From Eledone cirrhosa (taxonomy: Eukaryota): DNA of 64,000 nucleotides. The stretch covers positions 1-64,000 of the forward strand of contig CAXHJY010001082.1 of assembly GCA_964016885.1 (NCBI GenBank). The letters run 5' to 3'. The translations under genes and the position numbers were made by a program. This document shows, piece by piece, positions 16,125-29,545 of the stretch (within the stretch, counting starts at the first letter, position 1; each line of letters begins with the position of its first letter). Below the pieces are notes generated by a model that saw only the letters and a program-made list of their open reading frames with translations, ran no database searches and was not told the DNA's origin.

Positions 16125-16218
16125 ACCCCTTGAGAAGATCGGCTATTTAAATACCAGGATAAATGTTCATTTAGTCCAGAATTAGCCGTCGAAACGGCTT
16201 GAGCTCAGCTGTCGGGGT
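16125..16218 (+). ncRNA. Type I hammerhead ribozyme with variant U3:A8 core (family A)
   Basis: Stem I ACCCC/GGGGT; core TTGAGAA (16130-16136); stem II GA(T)CGGCTA/TAGCCGTC; GAAA (16191-16194); stem III ACGGCT/AGCTGT around palindromic GAGCTC; GUC site, predicted cleavage after 16213. Confidence 0.75.
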
Positions 16219-16928
16219 CTTACTGGTTCCTATATACGTATATATATATATATACATGTAATATATATATGTATATACGTATATATATATATATATGTAT
16301 ATACGTATATATATGTATATACGTATATATATACATGTAATATATATATGTATATACGTATATATATATATATATATATACAATATATATATGTATATAT
16401 ATATATGTGTACATATATATAATGTATACATATATATAATGTATACATATATATAATGTATAGATGTATATATATATATATATATAATATATATATTTGT
16501 ATATATATATATATATAATATATATATGTGTATATATATTATATATATGTATATATATATAATATATATATGTGTATATATGTATATATATATAATATAT
16601 ATATGTGTATATATGTATATATATTTAATATATATACGTATATATATATTTAATATATATATATATGCATATATATATAATATATATATGTGTATATATA
16701 TATTTATATATATATATAATATATATGTGTATATATATATTTATATATATATAATATATATATGTATATATATATTTATATATATATAATATATATATGT
16801 GTATATATATATTTATATATATATAATATATATATGTATATATATATTTATATATATATAATATATATATGTGTATATATATATTTATATATATATAATA
16901 TATATATGTATATATTACATATATATAT

Positions 16929-16959
<31 letters not shown>

Positions 16960-17267
16960 TACATATATATATTATATATTTATATATGTATATATATATA
17001 TTACATATATATATTATATATTTATATATATATATAATATATATATATGTATATATATATTACATATATATTATATATATATTTATATATATGCATAGTG
17101 TTTTTGTTTTGACATTTGTGTTCTCGTGATAATCCCACATAAAACCTTCTCTCCGAATGTCTTTGCAAGTTTATAGTGATGACTTTTAGAAAGTCAGGTA
17201 ATTGGAAAATTACTTAGCTTGTTCATTCTCTTTGCCTTTTTTACACACACACACACACACATACACA

Positions 17268-17384
<117 letters not shown>

Positions 17385-17560
17385 TAATTGATACAGTGTA
17401 ATGAAGAAATATATTAGTTTAACGCTTGAAATGTGTATGTATGTATGTGTGTATTATGTATGCATGTATATTTTTGTTTGTATATATGTATATTTGTGTC
17501 TATTTTTAATATTTTTAATTTTATTTTTTATTTTATCATTTCCTACAATGACCATAACGA

Positions 17561-17608
<48 letters not shown>

Positions 17609-17652
17609 TACTTCAAAATATTAATAAATATAAACATTCATGTGATCAAATA

Positions 17653-17718
17653 TATTTTATTATACATATTTCAGAGGTACTGAGCTACTTCAACAGTACG
17701 TCCTCATCAGATAAAATA
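17653..17718 (-). ncRNA. Type I hammerhead ribozyme, minimal stem III
   Basis: Minus strand: TATTTTAT-CTGATGA-GGACGTACTG..CAGTACCTCT-GAAA-TATGTA-TA-ATAAAATA; 8-bp stem I and near-palindromic stem III. Confidence 0.85.
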
Positions 17719-17732
17719 AATTGATGTCTGAC

Positions 17733-17794
17733 ATACCTTGACTGTGTTGATGGTTAAAATGACCGAATTTTAACCATCAACACAGTCAAGGTAT
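17733..17794. repeat. Perfect hairpin, 28-bp arms and 6-nt loop
   Basis: ATACCTTGACTGTGTTGATGGTTAAAAT-gaccga-ATTTTAACCATCAACACAGTCAAGGTAT. Confidence 0.9.
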
Positions 17795-18528
17795 ATATTT
17801 ATTAATATTTGGAAGTAATATTAATAACTCCAGAAAACCTGACTGTAGTGTGCTTCTAATCTATTGTAAAACTTTATTCTTTGATTAATTCATTGAACCT
17901 TGTTAAACTTTTAATATATATATATATATATATATATACACAATGTATATATATATATACATTTTATCATATATGTTTTTGGAGGGTGATGAAAGCGTAA
18001 TAGAGAATGGTAACAAGAATTCTAGAAAGGAATTAAAAGACAACAACGAGCTGTCTAATGCTTTGAGAAAGAAAAAAAAAGGAAAAATAAACTAACTAAA
18101 ATAAATCAATTTCTCACTAGAAACGATTAAAAGCAATTCTTTCTACTTGTTTGCCTTCTCTTATATGTTCATGTTATACCTTGACTGAGTGCTTGTCAGG
18201 CGCATGCGCCAATAAAGTCAATTTAAAATTTACCTTCCTTTACTGGGTGTATAGACATCATTGTGACATAAATTACACGAATAAGCCTACAACTGTGGTC
18301 AGCGATTCGTTGCTAATTTGTTAATTTTCATTTAATTAAAGAAAAACAAACAATCAAACAAACAAAACCTTTCTAATTCAACAAATGCTTAGCACATAAA
18401 ATAAAATAAATGCAAATAAATGACTGCGAAAATCTTTTGATATTAATTATGTGTTAAAATAAAATGTTAAGAATGAACTAAATAATATCTTTATTCCGCT
18501 GTAACCTAGAAAACTACAGCGTTTTATC

Positions 18529-18572
<44 letters not shown>

Positions 18573-18831
18573 AGGAGGGTCATGCTGCCAATAAAATACA
18601 CACGCACCTGTTGGTTTTACAGGAGGTCGGACAGGTTGTATTCCTTTACATTTTATTACTGCAAACACCATGCATATTTTAGTGGCCAGGTTACGTATGA
18701 ATCCGGTGACACCATCAGGTGTATAATTGCATAATAGTTAGGAAGGAACAGGGAAAGAAGAAAAAATGAGAATGAAAAAATATATATATATATATGTGTG
18801 TATAAAGCCAGAGAGAGAGAGATAGATAGAT

Positions 18832-18895
<64 letters not shown>

Positions 18896-20059
18896 CCGCA
18901 CTAGCAATTGGTCTTTGGTAAATTTTTATCGACCTTGAAACGATGAAAGAGCAAAATAGGCCAACGCGAAATTTGAACTCAGGGTTCAAAGCCAGAACAA
19001 ATATCCAGCGCCTTAATAACTCTGGTGGATCGTCCGCCTAGTAGGGAATAATTAATTACATTACTATAATTAGACCCAACAGAATAATTCAAATATTTAA
19101 AAAATAACCACATTACTGTATTGATTTTTACAAAGAATAATATTGATTATTAAACATTTATTATAAAGTCACGTGGTTACTGAGTTGTGAATCAAGACCA
19201 CATGAAACCAGAACAAGGCATTCCTGAAAAGTATAAAACAGCTCTAATACTGCATTACATTAACAATTGATGTTTTAATCAAATACCGCAGATTTTTACA
19301 ATCACTCCACCAGTAAATGTACTATAAACTTTTGAATTAACAAATCACACGAAACCACATTAGAACGACATTTTTGGAAAAGTACAAAACAGCGCTATGA
19401 CTGCATCTTATTAAAATGCATCAAACCCGTTTTAAAATATTTTCAACTAAATTATTTCTAGAGTTAAACTGTTGCTTGGAATAATTAAGACACTCTAAAC
19501 AGCAATATGGTGACCAGGCCCATAATTATAGTAATAGGAATTTCTCGAAGACTGACGGTTTTAACACCTGGTGTTATGTTTGTGTTTAGTTTTGTATTTC
19601 TGTTCCAGAAATTGCTTTTTCTCTCAGACTAATAAGATTTCCAAACGGCAGATTTAAGTAGAAAAATAATTTTCACTCAATTTTTTCCCAATGAGTTCTG
19701 ATTTTACAGTCTGAAGGATATGAAAGAAACGGTAAATTAGCTGCTGTGTATAGCCACAGAAAATATAAACAGAATGCAAGATAAAATACACTGTTTGGAC
19801 AGATAATGATATAATGTATTTTTTTCTTTCGTTTACTCAAAGCAACAGCTATTTTCTAAGAAGATATAAAACAGTTGCTTTTATCGTTTTAGTCACGGAT
19901 GGATGGCAAGGAAATACACCTGATTCTTTTCTATGTTCATTGAGACTGGTAGGAGGAAGGGAGGACGGTATCCTTAAATTGGAGACATTACTCGAATACT
20001 TAGAACAGATCTGCTTCCTCTAAAGCCACCCAGATACCAGATGGTAATCATGTTAAATC

Positions 20060-20562
20060 GGAAGAATTGTTATAAGGTGAGGGCAGTGGAAAAAGTAACC
20101 CCATCAAATATTGGTGAAGGGAAGCAATCCCTGACAGCTGACGTTCTGGCGAAGAAGGAATGAATGCAGTTATTAATGCACTAACTCCGTGACAAGAAAA
20201 GGAAAGACGAACGGGGTGGTACGAGACCAACCAGGTCCGATACAAGGTGAGGGCTGTGGGAAAGAAACCCCACTAAAAGCAGGTGAAGGGAAGCAGCAAT
20301 TCCAGAGAGCCGACATTCTGGTGAGGAAGGAATGGAAGCTGTGTTGAAAGATGAGGGAACTGGTACTAGACGATCCAGATCCGATACAAGGTGAGAGCTG
20401 CGGGAAAACAAAAACCAGTAAAAACTTTTGAAGGGAAGTAGTAATTCCAGAGATCCAACGTTCGTTCTCATGAAAAATGAATGAATGCAGTTATTAATGA
20501 GGTGCCTGGGTGTTAATAAAAGGGAATACAAGCGAGGTGGCTCGAGATCAACCAGGTCCGAG
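20060..20562. repeat. ~150-175-bp tandem repeat, about three diverged copies
   Basis: Recurrent AAGGTGAG(G/A)GC..TGAAGGGAAG..TTCT..GAATG and ACCAGGTCCGA blocks. Confidence 0.7.
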
Positions 20563-20906
20563 AAGCAGATGCTACTACAGTTTATCTGATTATAGAACTG
20601 TGATGTGATATTTTACAATCAACTTTAACTTAGCCATTTCATGCTTTTTAATATGTATTTATATATCTATCTATCTCTGTATATATATATCTATGTATGT
20701 ATATATCTATAGATCTATTGTTATAGGCTTTGGCTGATATGTAGATGGTGCTTTGTGGTATTTGCAAAACCACAATGGCAATAACATGAATCAGTAAGAT
20801 GTATAGAACCACGAACAATAACTCGGCTGGAAAAATATGACAGCTTTAGCAGAGACGTTAGATACTCACAGATAAGTAATAATATAACCATGTTGTAGAA
20901 GGACAT

Positions 20907-21133
20907 TGTATGTATGTATGTATGTATGTATGTATGTATGTATGTATGTATGTATGTATGTATGTATGTATGTATGTATGTATGTATGTATGTATGTATG
21001 TATGTATGTATGTATGTATGTATGTATGTATGTATGTATGTATGTATGTATGTATGTATGTATGTATGTATGTATGTATGTATGTATGTATGTATGTATG
21101 TATGTATGTATGTATGTATGTATGTATGTATGT
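20907..21133. repeat. (TATG)n microsatellite
   Basis: Perfect tetranucleotide run. Confidence 0.98.
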
Positions 21134-21375
21134 CAGGTCACCAGTTGGTGCTACTGGTAACATGTATCCCAGTACAACCTGTCTCATGGTCGGGTCGTTG
21201 GCGACTAAACTGCCAACGCCACCAAGGTTTCTTGGTGAGGAGCGTGACTTTGGACATCCTGCAGGACTAAAAACAAAACCTGTCAAAGGGCAAAGTCACA
21301 CTCGTTCAGCGCATCGGTAGGGGTTCTCCAACATGGATATAAAGTAGTGGCCGTACTCGAAAAAGAGTTGGCAGC

Positions 21376-21409
<34 letters not shown>

Positions 21410-21544
21410 TAAAGTATAGAAATTATTGTGAGCGTGAAGCCAGCAGTATTTCATGATATATAAGTGACTATAACGTCAAAATGGAAAAATAGTTAACGTA
21501 AGATGTGGGAAAATAATTTTAACTCAATAAAAAAAACAAACAAA

Positions 21545-21844
21545 AAAATGGCGGGTAAAATTCCCGAGATCCATGGATGAGTTCTCTCCAGCGGTCCCTG
21601 TCCCTCATTATCGCTGCCATGTCCTGCGTCTCCAACAGACCAGTGTCTGTCCTCAGAGCATCAACATACGTTAACCTTCGTCTTCCTCTTCCAGTGTGTC
21701 CATGTAGGGGCTCCCACAGGAGCACTGAGTGCAATGTCAACTCTGGATGTCGGTGAGCATGTCCAGCTAACCTCAGTCTCCTCTGTGTCACTTTTCAGCT
21801 GACCTTTGGGAGGCTCCCATACAGCTCTGAATTTTTCATCCTCA

Positions 21845-21846
<2 letters not shown>
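21545..21846 (-). mobile_element. 3' fragment of RTE/RTEX-like LINE ORF2
   Basis: [51 protein letters not shown], typical of the RTE-group C-terminal tail. Confidence 0.8.
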
Positions 21847-21892
<46 letters not shown>

Positions 21893-24305
21893 TGTATATA
21901 TAAGTATCCGTGTATATAGGTACCAAATATACTAGAATAACAATAATTACCAGATTCTCACCAAACCTCTCTATAAAGAGTGGATTATAAAAATCAATAT
22001 TAACATCTATCTCTATCTATCTACTTATCTTTCTATCTGTCTGTCTGCCTCCTGTCTATCTATATCTACCTATCTATATATCTATCTATTTACCTATCTC
22101 TTTAGACACCCCCCCCATATATATATATATATACACACATGCATACCCATAAACACATGTGTTTACGACAAATATAATTACTTCCCCTTAGACCCACTGG
22201 CATGTCTTTTGTGATACATTTGCTGCTTAATTAAATGGCTTCAGAGTATATCTTGCAGTAGTGTCTGAGAATACAAGCATTTTTACATGTGTATTTACCA
22301 CCTTACTAAATTTTACTGAAGATAAATGAACGAATGAATAGATATATAAGCAAAGTAAACGAAATAAAGGGGAAAAAATAATGTTCTTTCTGCAATGAAA
22401 AGGACAGAACTGGTAGTGAATAGTGTTTGTTGTTTTAATTTTACTTGTCTTTTTGTAGTAATCGTATGCATAGTTTTATGTCACCCCGCGACAAGAAATG
22501 ACATAAGTAGTTAAGTGAATTCTTTATTAAAATGTACAGACTTAGAGAAAATAGGCGACATTTTCACTGAATCTTGTTTTAAAATAACAGCATCAACTGT
22601 ATATAAAAGAAAACTGTTAGAATATTCTTTATTCCAGGCAGGGAATATTGCCTTTTCTAGGATTATAGCTTATATTGAAAGCAAAGTTCAGTATTTTGGA
22701 GACATTGAGGAAATAGACAGTAGTTTATTATTGCTTCTAAATCCCTAGATGATTTGATAGACTTAATGAATATATATTTTTTGGTGAGGTGAAGATGTGA
22801 AGACACTATTTCTCTTGTACGCTTAAGAAATACAGTCAATGATTTGGATTTCATGAAAGCAGAGTTTCCTCGTTGTGTATCTCGACGAATAGAGATGAGA
22901 TGTTATCGAATAGTCAGTCTTTGACTTTGAACCGTAAATTAAACACAGGAGTAGTTACATGTGTGTGTGTACGTTTATGTATGTGTGTGTGTGATTGTGT
23001 GTAAGTGTGAGTGTACGTTTGTGTGTGTATGTGTATATGAGCTTGTGTGTGCTTGTGTTGGTTTGTGTTTGTATCTGAGTATGTGTGAGTTTATGCGTGC
23101 ATTTGTATGTGTGTGTGTGTGTGTATGTGTGTGCTGTTGTCATATAAGCTTTGCTATATGTTTATGTAGTTGAGTGAGTGTGTGTGTGTGTGTGCAGTTG
23201 TATGTGTGTGTGTGTATATATGTATGTATGTGTGTAAGTGTGATTGTATGTGTGTGTTGTCATAAGCTTTGCTATATGTTTATGTAGCTGAATGAGTGTG
23301 TAAATACGTTCGTGTATGTGTGTATGAGTGTATGTATGTGTGTGCAGTTGTATGCGTGTGTGTATGTGTGTATGAGTGTATGTGTGTGTGCAGTTGTCAT
23401 TATATAATATTTAATATGCTTATGTAGTCGAGTGAATGGAGAACAGACGTCACCAAAGCTATGTGAATCCTTGATATATGTTTATGTAGCTGAATGAGTC
23501 TGTGTGTGTGTTTGTGTTTGTGTGTGTATGTGCGTGTGCGTTTGTGTGTGTCTATGTGCGTTTGTGTATGTGTGTTTGTGTGTGTGTGCATATGTTTAAG
23601 TGTGTCTGTGAGTTTGTATGTGTCTCTTTGTGTTTGTGTCTCTGTGTATTTATATGTGTTTATGTGTGTCTTCTGTGTGTTTGTGTGTGTCTGTTTTTGT
23701 CCAGGGGTGTCTGTGTGTGCCTGTATGTGTTTGTATGTTTCTCTGTGTGTTTGTGTGTGTCTCTGTGTATTCGTGTTTGTATCTGTGTGTATCTGTGTGT
23801 GAATCTATATATGTGATTAAATGTGACTACTTGTATATGTATAATACTGGAAAATGGAGGTTACCATGCAGTGGAACACGTATCTTCTTTTATTGGTATT
23901 AAGACTAGGTTATACTCTACTGGAAACCACAGATCTTTTCAAAATCTCTCTGAATGTTTCAGAGCTAATAACGACCATCACATCCGGTGGAAGTTTCGAA
24001 TTGGCCTCACTATTATACCATTTATCGATTCAAACTTCACATTGGCTTGCATATCAGTTTATAGCAAAATATTAATTTAGAAAAATCGCTGTTAAAACTA
24101 GCCATCTTTTAGTGAAATGGCACTAGGAAAGGTCTTAATTTACTGATAAACTACACAGTGTAAACAAAAGTTTCCCAAAAGCCATATCTTAAAAGAGATA
24201 AATACAATAAATAACTCCAATGCTCTATTTTAGACAGGTTTTAGACAGACAAACAACCATTATTGATTATTATCACTAGTTGTTTATCATATATGAACTA
24301 GCCTG

Positions 24306-24350
<45 letters not shown>

Positions 24351-24354
24351 TATA

Positions 24355-24462
24355 GAACAGTTCTAGTCCTGTAGAAGCTCTTCTATATTAAAACTGTTAT
24401 ACTCTGCTTTGTATTGAGTACCTTACTTCCTGTGGTTACCTCCGATTCAACCCCGGAATAAC
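24355..24462 (+). mobile_element. Family B terminus fragment
   Basis: AACAGTTCTAGTCCTGTAGAA..GTATTGAGTACCTTAC..CCGGAATAAC, homologous to 37071-37175. Confidence 0.8.
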
Positions 24463-24543
24463 ATATATATATATACACATACTTACATACTTGCCTTGCA
24501 CTCACTCACTCACTCACTCTCTCTCTCTCTCTCTATATATATT

Positions 24544-24615
24544 TATTCAGAAGATCCCGTTAAAGGTGAAAGCAGCGATTCTTTGCTTAAACTTAATCTG
24601 TTATTTTAATAAATA
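24544..24615 (+). mobile_element. Family D repeat copy, truncated just 5' of the core
   Basis: TTCAGAAGATCCCGTTAAAGGTGAAAGCAGCGATTCTTTGCTTAAACTTAATCTG. Confidence 0.7.
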
Positions 24616-24699
24616 TTTGCTCTACGGTTCTTATACATCTCATATATATTTATCCTTATCGAGCCCTCTTTGGATTTTAGTCTTGAAATTTATTATTAT

Positions 24700-24739
<40 letters not shown>

Positions 24740-24774
24740 CTTTCATACGTAAATGCATATGCACTTATACATGA

Positions 24775-24813
<39 letters not shown>

Positions 24814-24865
24814 TATATACATCGTTTTATACACACACACACATATATATATATATGAATATATA

Positions 24866-24901
<36 letters not shown>

Positions 24902-24905
24902 GTTT

Positions 24906-24982
<77 letters not shown>

Positions 24983-25083
24983 TTCTCTCTCCCACTCTTT
25001 CTCTATTTATACACACATACAAAACACCCATCCACCATATACAAATTTATACATATAGGTACATTCATTATACACGCACACAG

Positions 25084-25119
<36 letters not shown>

Positions 25120-25858
25120 GCGTGTGTGTGCGTGCTTGTGTGTTTATTTTTCTGTGTTTGTATTTAAATAACATCAAAAAGAAATCTGTTTTTTTTTCAT
25201 CAATAATACAAAAGGAATCTATGCAGTCATTTAAGAATATACTCAAAGTATAATTCACGCAAATATTTTCTAGAATTATTTACATTTGGAAGACTTGTTA
25301 TAATCAAAGAGACAAAATCTTGTAAAGAACTTCAAAACTGAGGGAAAAAAATGGAGTCTTGCATTGGAAACACTATTGAAAGTTATTGTATATACTCGGA
25401 AATAGTTTGTTTCATTTATTCCGAAGAATATAGAATTTTTATTCTGAACTGACAGAATTATGCCACGTTAGGTTTTTGAAAAAACAAATCAAAACAAACA
25501 TATATATAAAGAAACAACAACAACTAAAAAAAAAAACAGACAACAATAACAACAACAGCAGCACAAGAGTAATGTTTGATATGAATGTCTATAGGAATGT
25601 AGAAAAAACATTGTTTTAAGAGAGTTGAATGGTGGTGAAAGAGAAGAGAATCGATGTTTAAAAAACAACACTGGTTTAGACATCTGAGAATATACATATA
25701 TGTTATAGTTAGTTTTCATGTATATCTTAATAGTACTGTCTATTATGAAGATGTAAAACATTTCGTTGTCATTCTACATCCTAACCTATTTTCTAACATA
25801 GACTGTCTCTAAGTTTTCTTGGACGCTGTTTATTTTTTTTATGTTATATACAAATTAT

Positions 25859-25997
25859 GTGGCGAATTGGTAGAATCGTTAGAACGACGGACACAATGCT
25901 TTGTGTTATTCCTTCTAGCTCTCTGAGTTCAAATCCCGCCAAGTTAAACTTTGCCTTTTATCATTTCAAGGTGGATAAATAAAGTACTAGGATCAAT
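25859..25997 (+). mobile_element. tRNA-derived SINE (octopus-like)
   Basis: A box TGGTAGAATCG, B box GTTCAAATCC, body AACTTTGCCTTTTATC..ATAAATAAAGTAC. Confidence 0.75.
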
Positions 25998-26023
25998 TCT
26001 TCCTCTATGTCTGTTTCTCACTT

Positions 26024-26062
<39 letters not shown>

Positions 26063-26134
26063 ACCTGTTTAGCTTGACTTGTTTTTGGCTTAGGTGGTTA
26101 ATGCCTTCTTGACCGCCTTCTCAGTTTGTATGGC

Positions 26135-26401
26135 GTTTATAACCTATGTTTATAACCTATGTTTATAACCTATGTTTATAACCTATGTTTATAACCTATG
26201 TTTATAACCTATGTTTATAACCTATGTTTATAACCTATGTTTATAACCTATGTTTATAACCTATGTTTATAACCTATGTTTATAACCTATGTTTATAACC
26301 TATGTTTATAACCTATGTTTATAACCTATGTTTATAACCTATGTTTATAACCTATGTTTATAACCTATGTTTATAACCTATGTTTATAACCTATGTTTAT
26401 A
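26135..26401. repeat. Homogeneous 13-bp minisatellite (GTTTATAACCTAT), ~20 copies
   Basis: Direct reading; no variant units seen. Confidence 0.95.
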
Positions 26402-27251
26402 GCTCTGGTTTTTTAGCCATAGGAGCGCTTGCGTTACGTTTCGCTTTTTCTACCCGCCGAAATGCGATTCTCGCTGAATTTATATATATAAGGTCTGTTA
26501 GGTCCCTGCAGCGATAGAAAATAAACCAGATTCCAGCAGGAATTAGATTGAACTCGACAACAGAAAGGCACAAGTCTAATGTTATGAAAGATTTAGTCCA
26601 AACCTCAATATTTTCTAACGCCGACTTTATATAAAATAGTTCATTTAGATTATTAAAAGAAAAAAAGAAAATCAATTTTTTGGGCGGTTGGTAGTAGAAA
26701 TCATTGTATTCATTTCGATAATTTTTTTTATACTCCCTGACCCCGGAAAAATAAAATCAAAGTAGCATCTGATAGAACTCGAACTCATAATGTAACGGAT
26801 TGAAAGAAATACAGCAAGGAACATTAACCACTTCACTACAACATATATAACCGACAACAACCCACGAAAATATAATTCAATGTTAATTTTTTTTCTTGCG
26901 AGAAATAGGTTTTAAGTAAAAAAAACAAAGCAAAGAAAATCTAAAAAAAACAAAACAAAAAAAAACACGACAAAAACAAACAAACAAAAAGCGATTTCAT
27001 TATTAATCTTAATATGAGATACACTTATAAGAAGTGAAATTGAATTTCCTCTAATAATATATGGTATAAGAATCTAATTAGAGGAGAATATTAAAATGGT
27101 TACTTCCATGTCAGAGTCAATCTATGTCTATACGTAATAGTTGCAAGTGGACTCTTCTTTTTAATACGTAAAAATCTGACAGGACAAGATGTGTGTGTTG
27201 ATAATATTCACAGATACACACAGTTATACACATACACACACTCACACAGAC

Positions 27252-27282
<31 letters not shown>

Positions 27283-27455
27283 GTCATACACACACACACT
27301 CTCTCACACACACAGTCATACACATACACGCACTCACACAGATACACATACACACACTCACACTCACACAGACGTACACACACACACACACACACACAAA
27401 GATACACAAACACCGATGCACGCCCATATATATAGATATATATATAAAAACATAC

Positions 27456-27497
<42 letters not shown>

Positions 27498-27560
27498 GTG
27501 TGTGTGTGTGTGTATTTATATAACAGTGACACACTCATATACAGATACACAGACATAGTC

Positions 27561-27591
<31 letters not shown>

Positions 27592-27637
27592 TATACATAT
27601 ATATATATACACACGCATATATACATGCATACATACA

Positions 27638-27688
<51 letters not shown>

Positions 27689-27989
27689 ATATGTTTCTTT
27701 TTCCTTATTTGATAATATCTCTTCAGATGAAACGTTCTGAAAATGTCATTCCTAGTCGTTGGAGAAGGTTCTTAAACCGAAAATAGAACGTCATGCTACT
27801 CCATGATCCAACACTTGAAACCAATAACGGCAGAATACCACCCCCTCCCCCACATATATATATACATATATATGTATGCATGTATGCATATATATATACA
27901 TACAAGCATTCATTCACACATGTATATATATATATATGTATGCGTATACACACACTCACACATAGGCACACACTCACACGCACACACAG

Positions 27990-28024
<35 letters not shown>

Positions 28025-28275
28025 CACACACATATATGACACCATATACATGTATTTATGTGTATGTGTATAGGATTATATGTATAAGAGTAACACAGAG
28101 ATACGATAAAACACACACACACACACATATATAGATATATGTAAATATATGTATATATTTACATATATATGTGTGATGCAGGATATATATATATATAACA
28201 TATACATATATATGTATGATGCAGGATATATACAAATATATTACACATATATACCCATACATATATATGTAAGCA

Positions 28276-28361
<86 letters not shown>

Positions 28362-28756
28362 GTATATATATTAAAGAATACGAATGTGAAGGCATGCAAT
28401 AAACACAGTGGCAAAAGCCACCATTTTAAATACCATTTGTGACGTCAATCGACAAATATTGAAAGTCCTTTGTTTCACAAGGAAATTCAAAATTGAATTA
28501 CTCTGTCAGAGTTTCCAAATCCGTTTCCTTCAAAAATTAATTATTATTGTTTTAAATGATTATCTATTTTTAGAAATAATCTCAAATACTTTATTCTACA
28601 TTGTTATATACAAAACATTGCAACCATTCGAACTATTGTCTCGTGGGGGGTGGGGTTGTGGATTTGTGGTGGGGTGGGAGTTAGGTTTGCGGTGGGGTGG
28701 CTTGGTAGTTCGATAATGCTTTAATAATGGTCAGTTATTTGTAGATTTATGATATA

Positions 28757-28915
28757 CGAGGGTCGGCTAAAACGTTCATAGGCTAGACTGTGAAGGAAGT
28801 GATGCCAGAGCTGTGAAATCTTTTATGCATTAATTTTAACTCTTCTGATTAATAACTGCATTGTTTTTTTCCAGGGACTATGTTGAAAAACAAACCTCAT
28901 TTGGTCATTCCATCC
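28757..28915 (+). mobile_element. Truncated mariner-type MITE
   Basis: TA|CGAGGGTCGGCTAAAACGTTCATAGGCT is a mariner-style TIR; partner TIR absent. Confidence 0.55.
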
Positions 28916-28984
28916 TTATATATATATAGACATATAGGACCTTTTATACAAAATCATTGAAGGTTAGATTACCGTAGAAGCATA

Positions 28985-29052
<68 letters not shown>

Positions 29053-29082
29053 ACACAAGAATCAAAGCTATGTTAGAACATT

Positions 29083-29137
29083 TAATTGCTGACAATTGTT
29101 TCTTCCAAGCTTAGGCTTGGAGTCTTCGGAGCATTAT
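29083..29137 (-). ncRNA. Hammerhead-like motif (CCGAAGA, U4>C)
   Basis: Minus: TGCT-CCGAAGA-C TCCAAGC..GCTTGGA A-GAAA-CAATTG-TC-AGCA; palindromic ACAATTGT. Confidence 0.7.
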
Positions 29138-29545
29138 TAATAATGTTTTTACATATAATCAGCCTCCTATTCCGCTGAAGAGTCATACAGATACATATTG
29201 TGGACAACAGTGTGTGATGGGTAAGATTCAAAATTACAATTAAAAGCTTTTGGTGGAGCATGTGTCAGATAATACAAGAGCGTCTAGTACATAAATAAAA
29301 TGAAAGAGACAGTACGTGCGTTAGTCATACATAAAGCAATTGAACAGGCAAAAGTATCAAGCATATACGAATGCTGGGTGTTGCATACAAAATACAAGCA
29401 CATAAAGCAGGTGTGTTAACATATTATGGTAGTTGCAATGCTGAGATATTTTCAGTGTAGATCGAATATGTGTGTGTGTGTAGAATAAGACAGTTCCAGG
29501 TTTCACATCCATTACATATGTCACGATGTATGTGTTGAGTGTTTG

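Larger units (their letters stand above)
13675..16232 (+). mobile_element. Penelope-like element copy: truncated ORF, ~1.1 kb pyrimidine-rich 3' region and HHR-bearing terminus
   Basis: Continuous non-repetitive block between two arms of the same compound (TA)n/TATACG/TACATGTAA microsatellite. Ends at GGTTCCTA, the same terminus as related fragments at 8426, 35465 and 61709. Confidence 0.85.

Noticed and set aside
18198-18215. NRF1-like GCGCATGCGC + CCAAT; similar motifs and CGCCATTTT near 3291-3388
   Set aside because: Isolated short motifs with no linked gene or transcription evidence.
19700-19740. Possible 22-nt microexon (ttttacag|TCTGAAGGATATGAAAGAAACG|gtaaat)
   Set aside because: Splice-like signals are common by chance in AT-rich DNA; needs RNA-seq.
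26135-26401. CRISPR-like appearance of this and other regular arrays
   Set aside because: No unique spacers, eukaryotic context, no cas genes.
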